The notes beneath the pieces are model-generated. The model had not been told where the DNA came from. It did no database searches and saw nothing but the letters and a program-made list of their open reading frames with translations. Shown piece after piece: positions 36,285 through 45,915 of a stretch of DNA of 64,000 nt. Origin of the DNA: Minisyncoccia bacterium (lineage in GTDB: Bacteria > Patescibacteriota > Minisyncoccia > Phycocordibacterales > Zambryskibacteraceae); assembly GCA_041742965.1 (NCBI GenBank), contig JBGTNQ010000012.1, forward strand, positions 1,379-65,378, given 5' to 3'. Numbering within the stretch: position 1 is the first letter of the stretch; every line of letters begins with the position of its first letter. A program made the translations under genes and the position numbers.

Positions 36285-38987
36285 TTACTTTACCTTTGCC
36301 CCCGCACCCTTATTGTCTACCAAACTTTCAGCCCAAAGGCTCCCCTTTCTACCTTTCTTAACATCAAAGGTGAACTCACTTCCTTTAACCCCCACAGAGA
36401 TAGTGCCGCCCTTTAGAACTCCCTTAGAGATCATTAGGGAAGCGACAGGGGTAAGAATTTTATTTTGAATTAATCGCTTAAGCGGTCTGGCTCCGTACTG
36501 CGGATTATATCCTTCCTTTGCAAGATGCTTATAGACATCGAGAGATATCTCGAGAGCAATCTCTTTCTCTGCTAATCGAACCTTCACTTGTTCAACTTGA
36601 ATTTTTACAATATCAGCCACAGCGTCCTGCGAGAGAATGTTGAATAGAATTATATCGTCCAGACGATTCAAGAACTCTGGTCGGAAATGGTCTTTTACCG
36701 CATCCATTACTTTAAGTTTCGCATCTTCATAGTCTCCCCTTTCTTCTGTTGAGTCGATAAAGCCAATTCTCTCCATCTTATCTATGAATTGAGCTCCGAT
36801 ATTTGAAGTAAGTATTATGACAGAGTTCTTAAAGTTCACCACGCGTCCCTTGGCATCGGTTAAGCGTCCATTATCAAGAACTTGAAGAAGGATGTTGAAC
36901 ACTTCTGGATGTGCTTTTTCAATTTCATCAAAAAGAATAACAGCATAAGGACGATGACGAACCATTTCAGTCAAAGTGCCACCTTCTTCATGCCCCACAT
37001 ATCCAGGAGGAGCACCAATAAGCTTTGAAACAGCGTGACGCTCCATAAATTCTGACATATCTACACGAATAAGAGCTTTTTCGTCATCAAACATAAACTC
37101 AGCTAAAGCTTTGGTAAGTTCAGTTTTTCCAACTCCCGTAGGACCCAAAAACATAAACGAACCTATGGGTCTATTTGGATCAGAAATTCCAGCCCTAGAA
37201 CGCTTGATGGTATCTGAAATCTTCTGGACAGCTTCATCTTGACCAATAATGCGTCTTTTTAAAAAGTCTTCCATTTGAGAAAGTTTCTCTGCTTCTTCAG
37301 CCAACATTCTAGACACAGGGATACCTGTCCAACGGGATACAATATCTGCAATATCTTCTTCAGTAATTTCTTCCTTTAGAATTCTACGAGAGCTTTGGAG
37401 TCTTTTTAGTCTTTTCATCTTTTGTTCTAAATCTCGTTCTAGGGTCGGGATTTTTCCATAGCGAATTTCAGCTGCCAGAGATAAATCTGAACGCGCTTCA
37501 GCAGACTCAGCCTCTAAGCGAAGTTTTTCAAGTTCCTTTTTAAATGTTTTTATGTCATTTACAGCCTCCTTTTCGTTTTTCCATTTAAGCTCGAGTTCGG
37601 ATGTTTTTTCTTTAAAATCGGCAATAATCTCTGTGATTTCTTTTATGCGAGCCTTTGTCTTTGGGTTCTTGGAGGTGCCAACTTCTTTTTTCAAGGCCTC
37701 TTTTTCAATCTCGAGCTTCATTATTTTGGCGTGCGTTTCCTCAAGTACTGGGGGCATATTTTCAAGTGAAATTTTGAGATGTGAAGATGCTTCATCAATC
37801 AAATCCACCGCTTTGTCTGGTAAAAACCTATCTGTAATATATCGGGAAGAAAGGTTAACTGCTGACACAATAGCGTCATCGGTAATCCTAACTCCATGAT
37901 AAAGCTCATATCTTTCTTTAAGCCCTCGTAGAATAGTGATGGCGTCTTCCTGAGAGGGTTCATTCACATACACCGGCTGAAAACGCCTTGTAAGAGCTGG
38001 ATCCTTTTCAATATGTTTCTGATATTCCTTAAGGGTGGTTGCGCCTATGGCTCTAAGTTCACCTCGAGCAAGTGCCGGTTTCAACATATTAGAGGCATCT
38101 AAAGATCCGTCAGCGGCACCAGCACCAACAATAGTATGGATTTCATCTATAAAGAGAATGATCTTTCCATCAGATCTTTCTATCTCTTTCAAAATATTTT
38201 TTAATCTCTCCTCAAACTCTCCTCGATACTTTGTACCGGCAATCAAAAGCCCCAGATCCAAAGAAACCAATTCTTTTTCACGAATAGATTCTGGAACGTT
38301 TCCATTTGCCATACGAACAGCAAGACCCTCAACAATAGCAGTCTTTCCTACCCCAGCTTCTCCTATAAGGATTGGATTATTTTTTGTCCTCCTGGCGAGA
38401 ATCTGAACGATTCTAGAAATCTCATTATCTCTCCCAATTACTGGATCAAGTTTATTTTGACCAGCCAATTTAGTTAAACTTCTAGTGTATTTTAAAATAT
38501 TTTTAGTTCTTTTTCCTTCTTTATTTCCTTCTAGGTTTTTAGAAGATTTCAATTCATCTATCACCTTCACAACAGTAGCTCTATCAATTTTGAAACGAGA
38601 GAGAAGTTCCTTTGCTGGACTTTTAATCTCGAGCAAAGAGACAAACATGTGTTCAGTAGAAGCAAACTCATCATTTAAGCCATCGGCAACCTTCAAACTG
38701 TTATCAATAATCTGAGCCAGTTCTGGAGTTAAAAAAATCTGATATGAAGGTGCCATCGTAGCAGAAGATTCTGGGGTCTCAATCGCCTCAAGAAGGAGGT
38801 CTGTTAAAAGAATTGTATCGACCTCAAGCCGATCCAAGATTGAAGCAACCATACTCTCTTCTTGCAGTATCAAAGCCCCAAAAAGATGCATTGGACTAAC
38901 ATGGTTTTGACCACGCTCAATAGCTAGCTCGTGAGCTTTTTTTATGGCTTCTTTGGCTTTGGTTGTAAATCTCTGAAATGGTGGCAT
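36285..38987 (-). CDS. clpB: ATP-dependent chaperone ClpB
   Basis: [21 protein letters not shown], coiled-coil middle domain, [16 protein letters not shown]. Confidence 0.92.
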   Translation of the reverse strand: MPPFQRFTTKAKEAIKKAHELAIERGQNHVSPMHLFGALILQEESMVASILDRLEVDTILLTDLLLEAIETPESSATMAPSYQIFLTPELAQIIDNSLKVADGLNDEFASTEHMFVSLLEIKSPAKELLSRFKIDRATVVKVIDELKSSKNLEGNKEGKRTKNILKYTRSLTKLAGQNKLDPVIGRDNEISRIVQILARRTKNNPILIGEAGVGKTAIVEGLAVRMANGNVPESIREKELVSLDLGLLIAGTKYRGEFEERLKNILKEIERSDGKIILFIDEIHTIVGAGAADGSLDASNMLKPALARGELRAIGATTLKEYQKHIEKDPALTRRFQPVYVNEPSQEDAITILRGLKERYELYHGVRITDDAIVSAVNLSSRYITDRFLPDKAVDLIDEASSHLKISLENMPPVLEETHAKIMKLEIEKEALKKEVGTSKNPKTKARIKEITEIIADFKEKTSELELKWKNEKEAVNDIKTFKKELEKLRLEAESAEARSDLSLAAEIRYGKIPTLERDLEQKMKRLKRLQSSRRILKEEITEEDIADIVSRWTGIPVSRMLAEEAEKLSQMEDFLKRRIIGQDEAVQKISDTIKRSRAGISDPNRPIGSFMFLGPTGVGKTELTKALAEFMFDDEKALIRVDMSEFMERHAVSKLIGAPPGYVGHEEGGTLTEMVRHRPYAVILFDEIEKAHPEVFNILLQVLDNGRLTDAKGRVVNFKNSVIILTSNIGAQFIDKMERIGFIDSTEERGDYEDAKLKVMDAVKDHFRPEFLNRLDDIILFNILSQDAVADIVKIQVEQVKVRLAEKEIALEISLDVYKHLAKEGYNPQYGARPLKRLIQNKILTPVASLMISKGVLKGGTISVGVKGSEFTFDVKKGRKGSLWAESLVDNKGAGAKVK

Positions 38988-39041
38988 ATGGGTGTATAAA
39001 ATACAATAATTGTCCTCTAGAGTCAAACAAGTCTAACAAAA

Positions 39042-39848
39042 TTATCTTGCTAGATAGTCTGTAATCGCCGACTTAAGAAGTGATACGGGAAGATAAATTG
39101 GAGAGTTAGACGGGGTAGTACGCCCAGATCGCATACCCACCAACTCCCCCGATAGATTAAACAGCGGGGAGCCGACTACGGAACTCTTGTGGATAATGTC
39201 TGTTTCAAATCCATATTGAGTCGTTGGATCAGCTTGATCTGAATACAAGAACGAGGACATTCTTCCTATAGAAATAGTATTATTTTCTTGCCCCTCAAGG
39301 GTTATAACTGACTGACCAAGTTTCAATTCCAGATTGCCTACAGTAACCGGGGTGCCGGAGAAAGAGGTGCCATCCTTTGGTACGATTTTAAAGAAAACAA
39401 CAGAACGTTTCTCATCTTGGCCTAAATAATCTAAAACAAAATCTGTCTTATCAAAAAGAGTTGCTGTATAACGACCTCTTTCATTAAACGAATCTCGGGT
39501 TGGTGTAACTACTAAACCTCCGGGAGACAAAATTGTCCCGATGCCATAAAAATTATTGGCAATGTCACGGATTCTGACAATGCTAGAAGAATTTTTCACC
39601 ACAGTATCAATAACTTGATCCTCTTCTTTAACTACAACCGTAACCTCTCTGACTTCTACAGTATTCTTCCCACTACCTTCTGACACAACTGTCTCGATTG
39701 TTTTTTCAACAACTCTGTTTATGGTCTGAGTAACCAAAGGTGGCGCCTCCTGAAGGAGTGAGAAAGTAATAATGCCTGTAGCAATAGACGTAACAAAGCT
39801 TACCAAAAGAGTAAGTAAGACAAGCTGATTTTTTGTTAGATCTTCCAT
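39042..39848 (-). CDS. Membrane-anchored trypsin/HtrA-like domain protein, catalytic triad apparently lost
   Basis: N-terminal TM; GIGTILSPGGLVVT, LKLGQSVI and GSPLFNLSGELVG match the HtrA fold. Confidence 0.7.
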   Translation of the reverse strand: MEDLTKNQLVLLTLLVSFVTSIATGIITFSLLQEAPPLVTQTINRVVEKTIETVVSEGSGKNTVEVREVTVVVKEEDQVIDTVVKNSSSIVRIRDIANNFYGIGTILSPGGLVVTPTRDSFNERGRYTATLFDKTDFVLDYLGQDEKRSVVFFKIVPKDGTSFSGTPVTVGNLELKLGQSVITLEGQENNTISIGRMSSFLYSDQADPTTQYGFETDIIHKSSVVGSPLFNLSGELVGMRSGRTTPSNSPIYLPVSLLKSAITDYLAR

Positions 39849-39879
39849 TCCCCTATTATAAGAGAATTGCCAAGTCAAA

Positions 39880-41073
39880 TCAAACAACACGAGACCTGCG
39901 AACCATCTCTGGAATTGTGTTTAAAAGAATCTTTATATCTTCTGTTTTTGTTCCCCTTCCCAAAGAAAAGCGAATCGATGATTTTGCGCATTCAATCCCA
40001 CCTAGCACCTCTATAACATCTGAGTGCAAATCTTCCTTTAAGCTTTTGCAAGAACTCGCTGTAGAGCAAAGAATTCCGAGACTGTCAGCAACAATGACCG
40101 CGTACTCAGCATCCATATCAGGAAAACAAATATTTATATTGTTGGGCAATCTCTCTTTTAGATCACCGTTTAGACTAGACCCTGGAACACTTTTCAGCAC
40201 TTCTCTAATAATCTTTTCCCTAAGTGGGGTTAATCTCTTTGTCTCTTTCTCACTCATAGACCGAGCTATTTCAAGAGCAGTAGCAAACCCCACAATAGAT
40301 GGTAAATTTTCTGTACCGGAACGAAGCCCCTTTTCCTGACCTCCACCAAAAACAACCGGCGCGATGTTAACGCCACGACGAGCCCACAAGACGCCTATGC
40401 CTTTTGGTCCATATATTTTTGACCCATCTAAAGAGAGAAAATCGACGCCCAAGCTCAGTGTATTCAAAGAAAGATAATTTGGCGCCTGGCTAGCGTCTGT
40501 ATGAAAGTACGGATATGAAGAGGGTGTTTTTGGGGATTTTCTAAAGTCACGAATTATTTTAGCAATTTCTCTTATTGGCTCGATGGTTCCGATCTCATTA
40601 TTCGCATACATTATTGAAACGAGAACAGTATTTTTATTTATGATGGTCTTTAAGTATTTCAAATCGACAATACCCTGACTATCGACCGGAACAATACTCA
40701 TGCTCCCGCCCCTTCTCTCTATCTCATCTTTTAACCCCAAAACTGCTGGATGCTCAATGGACGAAAAAATGACATGCGGTTTAGTAATATGTTTTCTTGC
40801 TTCAGTTACAATACCCAAGATGGCAATATTATTTGACTCTGTTCCACTACCCGTAAAAAAAATTTCATCAGAATGACCATGAAGCACTGCCGCAACTCTT
40901 TTGCGTGAATTTTCTAATACATTCCTCACCTCAACCCCTTCCCTATAAAGAGCGGATGGATTATGAAAAGATTTTGAAAAATATGGCCTCATAGCCAACA
41001 AAACCCTCGGATCAACCGGCGTAGTAGAGGCGTAGTCGAAATATATTCTCTTTTGTTTTTTTCTATTAATCAC
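39880..41073 (-). CDS. Cysteine desulfurase (IscS/NifS family)
   Basis: YFDYASTTP, NNEIGTI, HTDASQA, KIYGPKG, RSGTEN, STASSC. Confidence 0.92.
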   Translation of the reverse strand: MINRKKQKRIYFDYASTTPVDPRVLLAMRPYFSKSFHNPSALYREGVEVRNVLENSRKRVAAVLHGHSDEIFFTGSGTESNNIAILGIVTEARKHITKPHVIFSSIEHPAVLGLKDEIERRGGSMSIVPVDSQGIVDLKYLKTIINKNTVLVSIMYANNEIGTIEPIREIAKIIRDFRKSPKTPSSYPYFHTDASQAPNYLSLNTLSLGVDFLSLDGSKIYGPKGIGVLWARRGVNIAPVVFGGGQEKGLRSGTENLPSIVGFATALEIARSMSEKETKRLTPLREKIIREVLKSVPGSSLNGDLKERLPNNINICFPDMDAEYAVIVADSLGILCSTASSCKSLKEDLHSDVIEVLGGIECAKSSIRFSLGRGTKTEDIKILLNTIPEMVRRSRVV

Positions 41074-41200
41074 CTTAATTTTGTGAACCAGTTATATCAC
41101 GCAGAATCGACTTCGTGAATAGTCTTTATATTTATCCTTTTCAGAAGGGGTATTTTTTTGTATACTGGGAACCTCTTATTAGTACTTTTATTTATAAATC

Positions 41201-41683
41201 ATGCCCATCCTCCTCGAGACTTCAACGATGATATATGTCCTGCTTGGCCTCATTATCGTCCTTATCGTTTGGATAATCAGACTAGAAATAAGGCTAAGAA
41301 ACCTTCTTTTGGGTAAAGATGGCAAAAGCCTGGAGGACACTATAAAAACGATACTGGGAGATATAAAAGACTATGAAAACTTCAAAAGAGAGTCTATACA
41401 ATATTGGAAAAATATAGAAAACAGGCTAAAGAGAAGTATCCAGGCCGTTGAGACAATTCGTTTCAATCCGTTTAAAGGCACAGGGTCAGGAGGAAATCAA
41501 AGTTTCTCTACCACGCTCCTAAATGAAAAAGGGGACGGTGTAGTGATTTCAAGTCTATATTCAAGAGAACACATTAGTGTATTTTCTAAACCTATAAAAA
41601 AATTCAGCTCTGAATTCGAAATGACAGCTGAAGAAAAGGAGGTTATAAAACAAGCAAAAGAAAATATCGTCCAAGGTAAATAA
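41201..41683 (+). CDS. DUF4446-family protein
   Basis: TM plus coiled coil, then RFNPF...GGNQSFS...G.GVVISSLYSR...KP. Confidence 0.8.
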   Translation: MPILLETSTMIYVLLGLIIVLIVWIIRLEIRLRNLLLGKDGKSLEDTIKTILGDIKDYENFKRESIQYWKNIENRLKRSIQAVETIRFNPFKGTGSGGNQSFSTTLLNEKGDGVVISSLYSREHISVFSKPIKKFSSEFEMTAEEKEVIKQAKENIVQGK

Positions 41684-41690
41684 TAAAAAA

Positions 41691-43187
41691 ATGAAATCAG
41701 AAGATGAAAAAGTCATAGAAAGACCGCCCGTGATTACTATCATGGGGCATATTGACCATGGAAAATCCACTCTTCTCGACTACATTAGAAAAACAAACAT
41801 TGTAGACAAAGAAGCTGGAGGTATTACTCAACACCTTTCAGCATATGAAGTCAGCCATGTAAACAAAGACAGTATAGAAAAGAAGATCACATTTCTTGAT
41901 ACCCCAGGACACGAGGCGTTTGGAGCAATCCGCGCCAGGGGGGTGAAGGTGGCGGATATCGGTATTTTAGTAGTATCTGCAGAGGATGGAGTAAAACCCC
42001 AGACACTCGAGGCCTTGAAGGTGCTGAAGGTAGATGGAATCCCATTCGCTGTCGCAATAAACAAAATAGATAAACCTGGAGCAAGCGTTGAAAGAACAAA
42101 ACAGAACCTGGCTGAGAACGATATCTTCATTGAGGGTTATGGTGGAGATATTCCGTGGGTCGCGATATCTGCAAAAACCGGAGACGGCATTCCAGAACTA
42201 TTAGACCTGCTTTTACTTATTGCCGAACTAGAGGAACTGAAAGGAAATCCAGAAGAGGGTGGCTCCGGTATCATAATAGAAAGTAATCTAGATACGAAAA
42301 AAGGAATCATCGCCACAGCAATTATAAAAAACGGCACCGTTAAGGGTGGTCAGTTTGCGGTCTGTGGGGAAAGCATCTCCCCCCTCAGGATTATTGAAAA
42401 TTTTTTGGGAAAAAAAATAAATGAAGCGTCCTTTTCGAGCCCCATTCGAATCATAGGATGGGATTCAGCCCCAAAGGTAGGAGAAGAATTCATTTGTTTT
42501 GATGACAAAAAAGAGGCCGCTTCTTTTGCGGAGAAAAACAAAATACCGACAAATACACAGAATCAAGTTGAAGCAGATGGTAAAACTCTTATACCTATAA
42601 TCGTTAAAACGGATACAGCGGGAAGCTTGGATGCTTTAGTATATGAAATATCAAAACTTGAAAATGAGCGCATATCACCAAAAGTCGTATTGTCAGGCAT
42701 AGGGCCGATATCTGAAAATGATATAAGAGTAGCTAGTAGCCACGAAAAACCATTGGTCGTAGCCTTTCACAGCCCAATAGACGCCCAAGCAGGAAGTCTA
42801 GCTCTAAGACTGGGTATATCCATAGAACAATTCGACATTATATACAAACTAACAGAGTGGTTAGAAAAAGCTTTGGAAGACAGAACCCCTAAAATAGAGA
42901 CGGAAGAAACAACTGGCCAAGCAAAAATATTGAAACTTTTTTCTAAGACAAGAGAGAAGCAGGTTTTGGGTGGGCGCGTTGAATCTGGAGAAATTGTTTC
43001 TGGAGAGCAGGTAAAAATAATGAGACGAGATGTTGAAATCGGTCGCGGTAGAATCCGTGAATTACAAATACAGAAAGAGAAAATAGGAAAAGTAGAGGAA
43101 GGAAAAGAATTTGGAGCAATGATAGAATCTAAAGCAGAGATCTCCCCTGGAGACAAAATAGAGTGCTTTGCGACGGTAAGTAAATAA
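41691..43187 (+). CDS. infB: Translation initiation factor IF-2 (short form)
   Basis: [40 protein letters not shown]. Confidence 0.95.
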   Translation: MKSEDEKVIERPPVITIMGHIDHGKSTLLDYIRKTNIVDKEAGGITQHLSAYEVSHVNKDSIEKKITFLDTPGHEAFGAIRARGVKVADIGILVVSAEDGVKPQTLEALKVLKVDGIPFAVAINKIDKPGASVERTKQNLAENDIFIEGYGGDIPWVAISAKTGDGIPELLDLLLLIAELEELKGNPEEGGSGIIIESNLDTKKGIIATAIIKNGTVKGGQFAVCGESISPLRIIENFLGKKINEASFSSPIRIIGWDSAPKVGEEFICFDDKKEAASFAEKNKIPTNTQNQVEADGKTLIPIIVKTDTAGSLDALVYEISKLENERISPKVVLSGIGPISENDIRVASSHEKPLVVAFHSPIDAQAGSLALRLGISIEQFDIIYKLTEWLEKALEDRTPKIETEETTGQAKILKLFSKTREKQVLGGRVESGEIVSGEQVKIMRRDVEIGRGRIRELQIQKEKIGKVEEGKEFGAMIESKAEISPGDKIECFATVSK

Positions 43188-43191
43188 AAAA

Positions 43192-43524
43192 ATGAAACCG
43201 ATAAGTTATCGAAAAGAAAAACTTCCTGAACTTCTCCAACACTTGGCCGCAGAGTTCATAACCGAAGAGTCAAATAGAACTTCACTTATAACAATCACAG
43301 GGTGTCGCCTATCAGCTGATAGTAAAAGGGCAGTTTTGTTATTTACTGTTCTTCCAGAAAATCAGGAAAAGGCCGCTGTAGATTTTCTAAGCAGAAAAAA
43401 CCTAGCGTTCAAAAAATTTGTGCGAGAAAAATCACGAATAGGTAGAATTCCAATGCTATCGTTTGCGCTAGATATGGGAGAAAAAAATAGACAAAAAATT
43501 GATTTTCTTCTCTCTTCTGACTAG
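43192..43524 (+). CDS. rbfA: Ribosome-binding factor A
   Basis: Follows infB; ITIT...S.D...A and IP.L.F..D motifs. Confidence 0.8.
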   Translation: MKPISYRKEKLPELLQHLAAEFITEESNRTSLITITGCRLSADSKRAVLLFTVLPENQEKAAVDFLSRKNLAFKKFVREKSRIGRIPMLSFALDMGEKNRQKIDFLLSSD

Positions 43525-43625
43525 TATTGTAAGTCTGGTAGAATAAGAGATGCCCAAAAGATGTGGTGCTAAAGCTTCGTGAACGGGACAGAGAGGTGTA
43601 AAACTTTAAGTTATGATATTGATAA

Positions 43626-43697
43626 GGCGTGGTGGCCAAGTGGTAAGGCGAAGCTCTGCAAAAGCTTTATTCACGGGTTCGATTCCCGTCCACGCCT
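43626..43697 (+). tRNA. tRNA-Cys(GCA)
   Basis: Acceptor GGCGTGG/CCACGCC, U discriminator, anticodon loop CTGCAAA. Confidence 0.93.
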
Positions 43698-43896
43698 CAA
43701 GTAAAAAGTATGACTTTAGTGTGATATCTTTTACTTTGATGAGGACGGAAGTATGCAAATTTATTTGCATACTTAGGGAATCGAAAGGCGCAGTGATATT
43801 TTGTGAGTTCACAAAATTACGAGCCGTGGTCACGACCGAGCCGAGCGACGGCGAGGTGAGAGTTGTGACCGATTCCCGTCCACGCCTCAAGTAAAA
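43698..43896 (+). mobile_element. Target-duplicating structured element after tRNA-Cys
   Basis: 43680..43706 duplicated at 43870..43896; core AGGCGCAG..CGAGCCGTGGTCACG..TTGTGACC. Confidence 0.78.
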
Positions 43897-43945
43897 GTGT
43901 GGCTTTGTAAGACATCTTTTACTTAGTTGGTGTGAAGAAATATAT

Positions 43946-44028
43946 GCCCGGGTGGTGGAATGGTATACACGGCGGACTTAAAATCCTCTGGCCGCAAGGC
44001 CATGTGAGTTCGAGTCTCACCCCGGGCA
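43946..44028 (+). tRNA. tRNA-Leu(TAA)
   Basis: Cloverleaf with long variable arm; anticodon loop CTTAAAA. Confidence 0.92.
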
Positions 44029-44034
44029 CAATAT

Positions 44035-44107
44035 GCGCCCATAGCTCAGTTGGTAGAGCTGCTCCCTCTTAAGGAGAAGGTCGTAGGTTCAAATCCTACT
44101 GGGCGCA
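44035..44107 (+). tRNA. tRNA-Lys(CTT)
   Basis: Acceptor GCGCCCA/TGGGCGC; anticodon loop CTCTTAA. Confidence 0.9.
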
Positions 44108-44350
44108 CAGAAGCTACAGCAACCTGCCCTGCGGCAGGTTTTGTGCTTCTGTGCGGACCGGAGCCATGTTTTGTGACCACACAAAACAGACGAGGTGGGG
44201 TCGAGAAATTTTGTGAGCGACGGCGAACAAAATATTCGTGACCACAAAGGACGCAATTGGCATGATCAAGATTTTTCCGTCAGGAAAAATACTTGTGACC
44301 ACAATCCTGTGCGAACCATACTTCCCCTCTCACAAACAATACTTGTGACC
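44108..44350 (+). mobile_element. Structured element after tRNA-Lys plus two further partial 3' ends
   Basis: Inverted copy GCTTCTGTGCG, core GACCGGAG..CGAGGTGGGGTCG..CGTGACC; extra TACTTGTGACC ends at 44300 and 44350. Confidence 0.65.
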
Positions 44351-44379
44351 CGAGTTAAATATGATAAAGTATTTCTCAT

Positions 44380-44461
44380 GCTGGGGTGGCGGAATTGGTA
44401 TACGCGCTAGTCTTAGGAACTAGTGGAGAAATCCATAGGAGTTCAAGTCTCCTCCCCAGCA
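44380..44461 (+). tRNA. tRNA-Leu(TAG)
   Basis: Acceptor GCTGGGG/CCCCAGC; anticodon loop CTTAGGA. Confidence 0.93.
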
Positions 44462-44639
44462 CAAACGAAAGTAGTGAGTTTGTGCTCTAGGCGCATTTTT
44501 TGCTTTGCAAAAAGAGCAGAGACTTGAAGGCCGGAGTCCGCCTTGGGCGGACGAGGCGGGGTCGCGGACTTTTTCAGCAGAAAAAGATCTGTGACCAAGT
44601 CTCCTCCCCAGCACAAACTCACTACTTTCGTTTGTGCTG
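44462..44639 (+). mobile_element. Target-duplicating structured element after tRNA-Leu(TAG)
   Basis: 44444..44466 duplicated at 44596..44618; core GGCCGGAG..CGAGGCGGGGTCG..TGTGACC. Confidence 0.8.
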
Positions 44640-44747
44640 TATAAAATTTGACTTTTTGCTTGTTTTGTGATAGTGTCCGAAACAGATACACCTGTTCTCT
44701 GTAACAAACTACTCACAAAAATGCGCCTTGCGCAAAGGAGATCTCGC

Positions 44748-45794
44748 ATGTTGGCCATTATTCTCACAGGGCTTACCCTTTTGGGTTTGGGAGCGCTCAT
44801 CAGATTCTTGGGCTCGATTGCCAAGATCTGGGGCATCATCCCCGCTCAAACATTCGCCCTAGTCACAACCTGGGCGAACCGCAACACAGATTTCACCAAG
44901 GACGGTGGAACTGTAGGTGGAACAGTTGAAAATCTCCTTCATGGAATTCCAGGTAAAGTACTCGTAAGAGACCCAGACCCAATGAAATGGAGATTTGAAG
45001 ACGGAGAAGAAGAGCGCAGTCTCCTCTTCGGTCTTCTCGGCGTCCAGTGGGTCGGATTATTCCGAGCACTTCGCCTGAACAAGATCAGCATAATAAGGTA
45101 CGGCAAGGAAGGAGGAGGGGTTGATGAAAAGGAAGAGATTGAGGCGGAAGACCATGAATTTCTAAGAACCTCCGCTTCCAGATTCATCTTCTACTCTTCA
45201 AGCAGTTTCGTCAGAGTAAAGAACGCCGAAACAGCTGGGGTATATGCCTTGGATTGGGAATTCATAGTCATTACCGAACGTATCTTTCCGTTACGTTCAG
45301 TGCTAAGAGTTCCTGATCCGTTTGCCAACCTTTCAGCAATGGTCTCAAGGGCGGTGATCAGAAAGACCAGCCTACTTGAACCAGAAGATTTTTTGAGTAC
45401 GACCGAAAGTGCCAAAAACAAAAGGGCGGTGATCAAGGCCATCATGTCAATCTCGAAGGATGCCGAGAGAGAACTTGGTCTCAAAATCACCGAAGTAACA
45501 CTGAGGTCGGTGAGCCCTGAAGACAAGTACTGTGAGAGCCTCGAACTAGAGGCAAAGACAAGAAGAGAAAACGAGGCCGCTGTGGCCATAGCTGAAAAAG
45601 ACAAGGCGGTTGGTCTCCTCAAGAACAGCATCGAAGCTGACCAGGTGGAACGGGTGGTGATGAGAATTGCAAACAACCCGGGAGCCATCCAGGTTCGAGC
45701 CCTTGAAGCCTACCGAGACAACAAGACCGTCAAGGTCTATGCTCCTGGGGGAAAGCTCTCACAGATTCTTCCTGATTTGACCGACGGTGAGTGA
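44748..45794 (+). CDS. SPFH/Band-7-like membrane protein
   Basis: N-terminal TM; GLKITEVTLRSV followed by an Ala/Glu-rich coiled coil; SD AAGGAG and TTGACT-N17-TAGTGT promoter. Confidence 0.6.
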   Translation: MLAIILTGLTLLGLGALIRFLGSIAKIWGIIPAQTFALVTTWANRNTDFTKDGGTVGGTVENLLHGIPGKVLVRDPDPMKWRFEDGEEERSLLFGLLGVQWVGLFRALRLNKISIIRYGKEGGGVDEKEEIEAEDHEFLRTSASRFIFYSSSSFVRVKNAETAGVYALDWEFIVITERIFPLRSVLRVPDPFANLSAMVSRAVIRKTSLLEPEDFLSTTESAKNKRAVIKAIMSISKDAERELGLKITEVTLRSVSPEDKYCESLELEAKTRRENEAAVAIAEKDKAVGLLKNSIEADQVERVVMRIANNPGAIQVRALEAYRDNKTVKVYAPGGKLSQILPDLTDGE

Positions 45795-45802
45795 GTAGTT
45801 TG

Positions 45803-45834
45803 AAAAGACCAAGCACAGCTGTGCTTGGCCTTTT
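45803..45834 (+). terminator. Rho-independent terminator
   Basis: CCAAGCACAG/CTGTGCTTGG hairpin with T-run. Confidence 0.65.
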
Positions 45835-45915
45835 CTTATGTATTGACAAATGGGTACTAAGTATGCTATAATTAGATAAGAGATCTTTCGCAATTAAACA
45901 TGATTCTAGGAGGCA

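Noticed and set aside
41691-43187. Truncated infB as a pseudogene
   Set aside because: G-domain and C-terminal domains are intact; loss of the N-terminal extension is normal in reduced genomes.
43626-44639. CRISPR array suggested by repeated GTGACC-ending motifs
   Set aside because: Repeats are not identical or regularly spaced, no cas genes are present, and they are explained by the tRNA-associated element.
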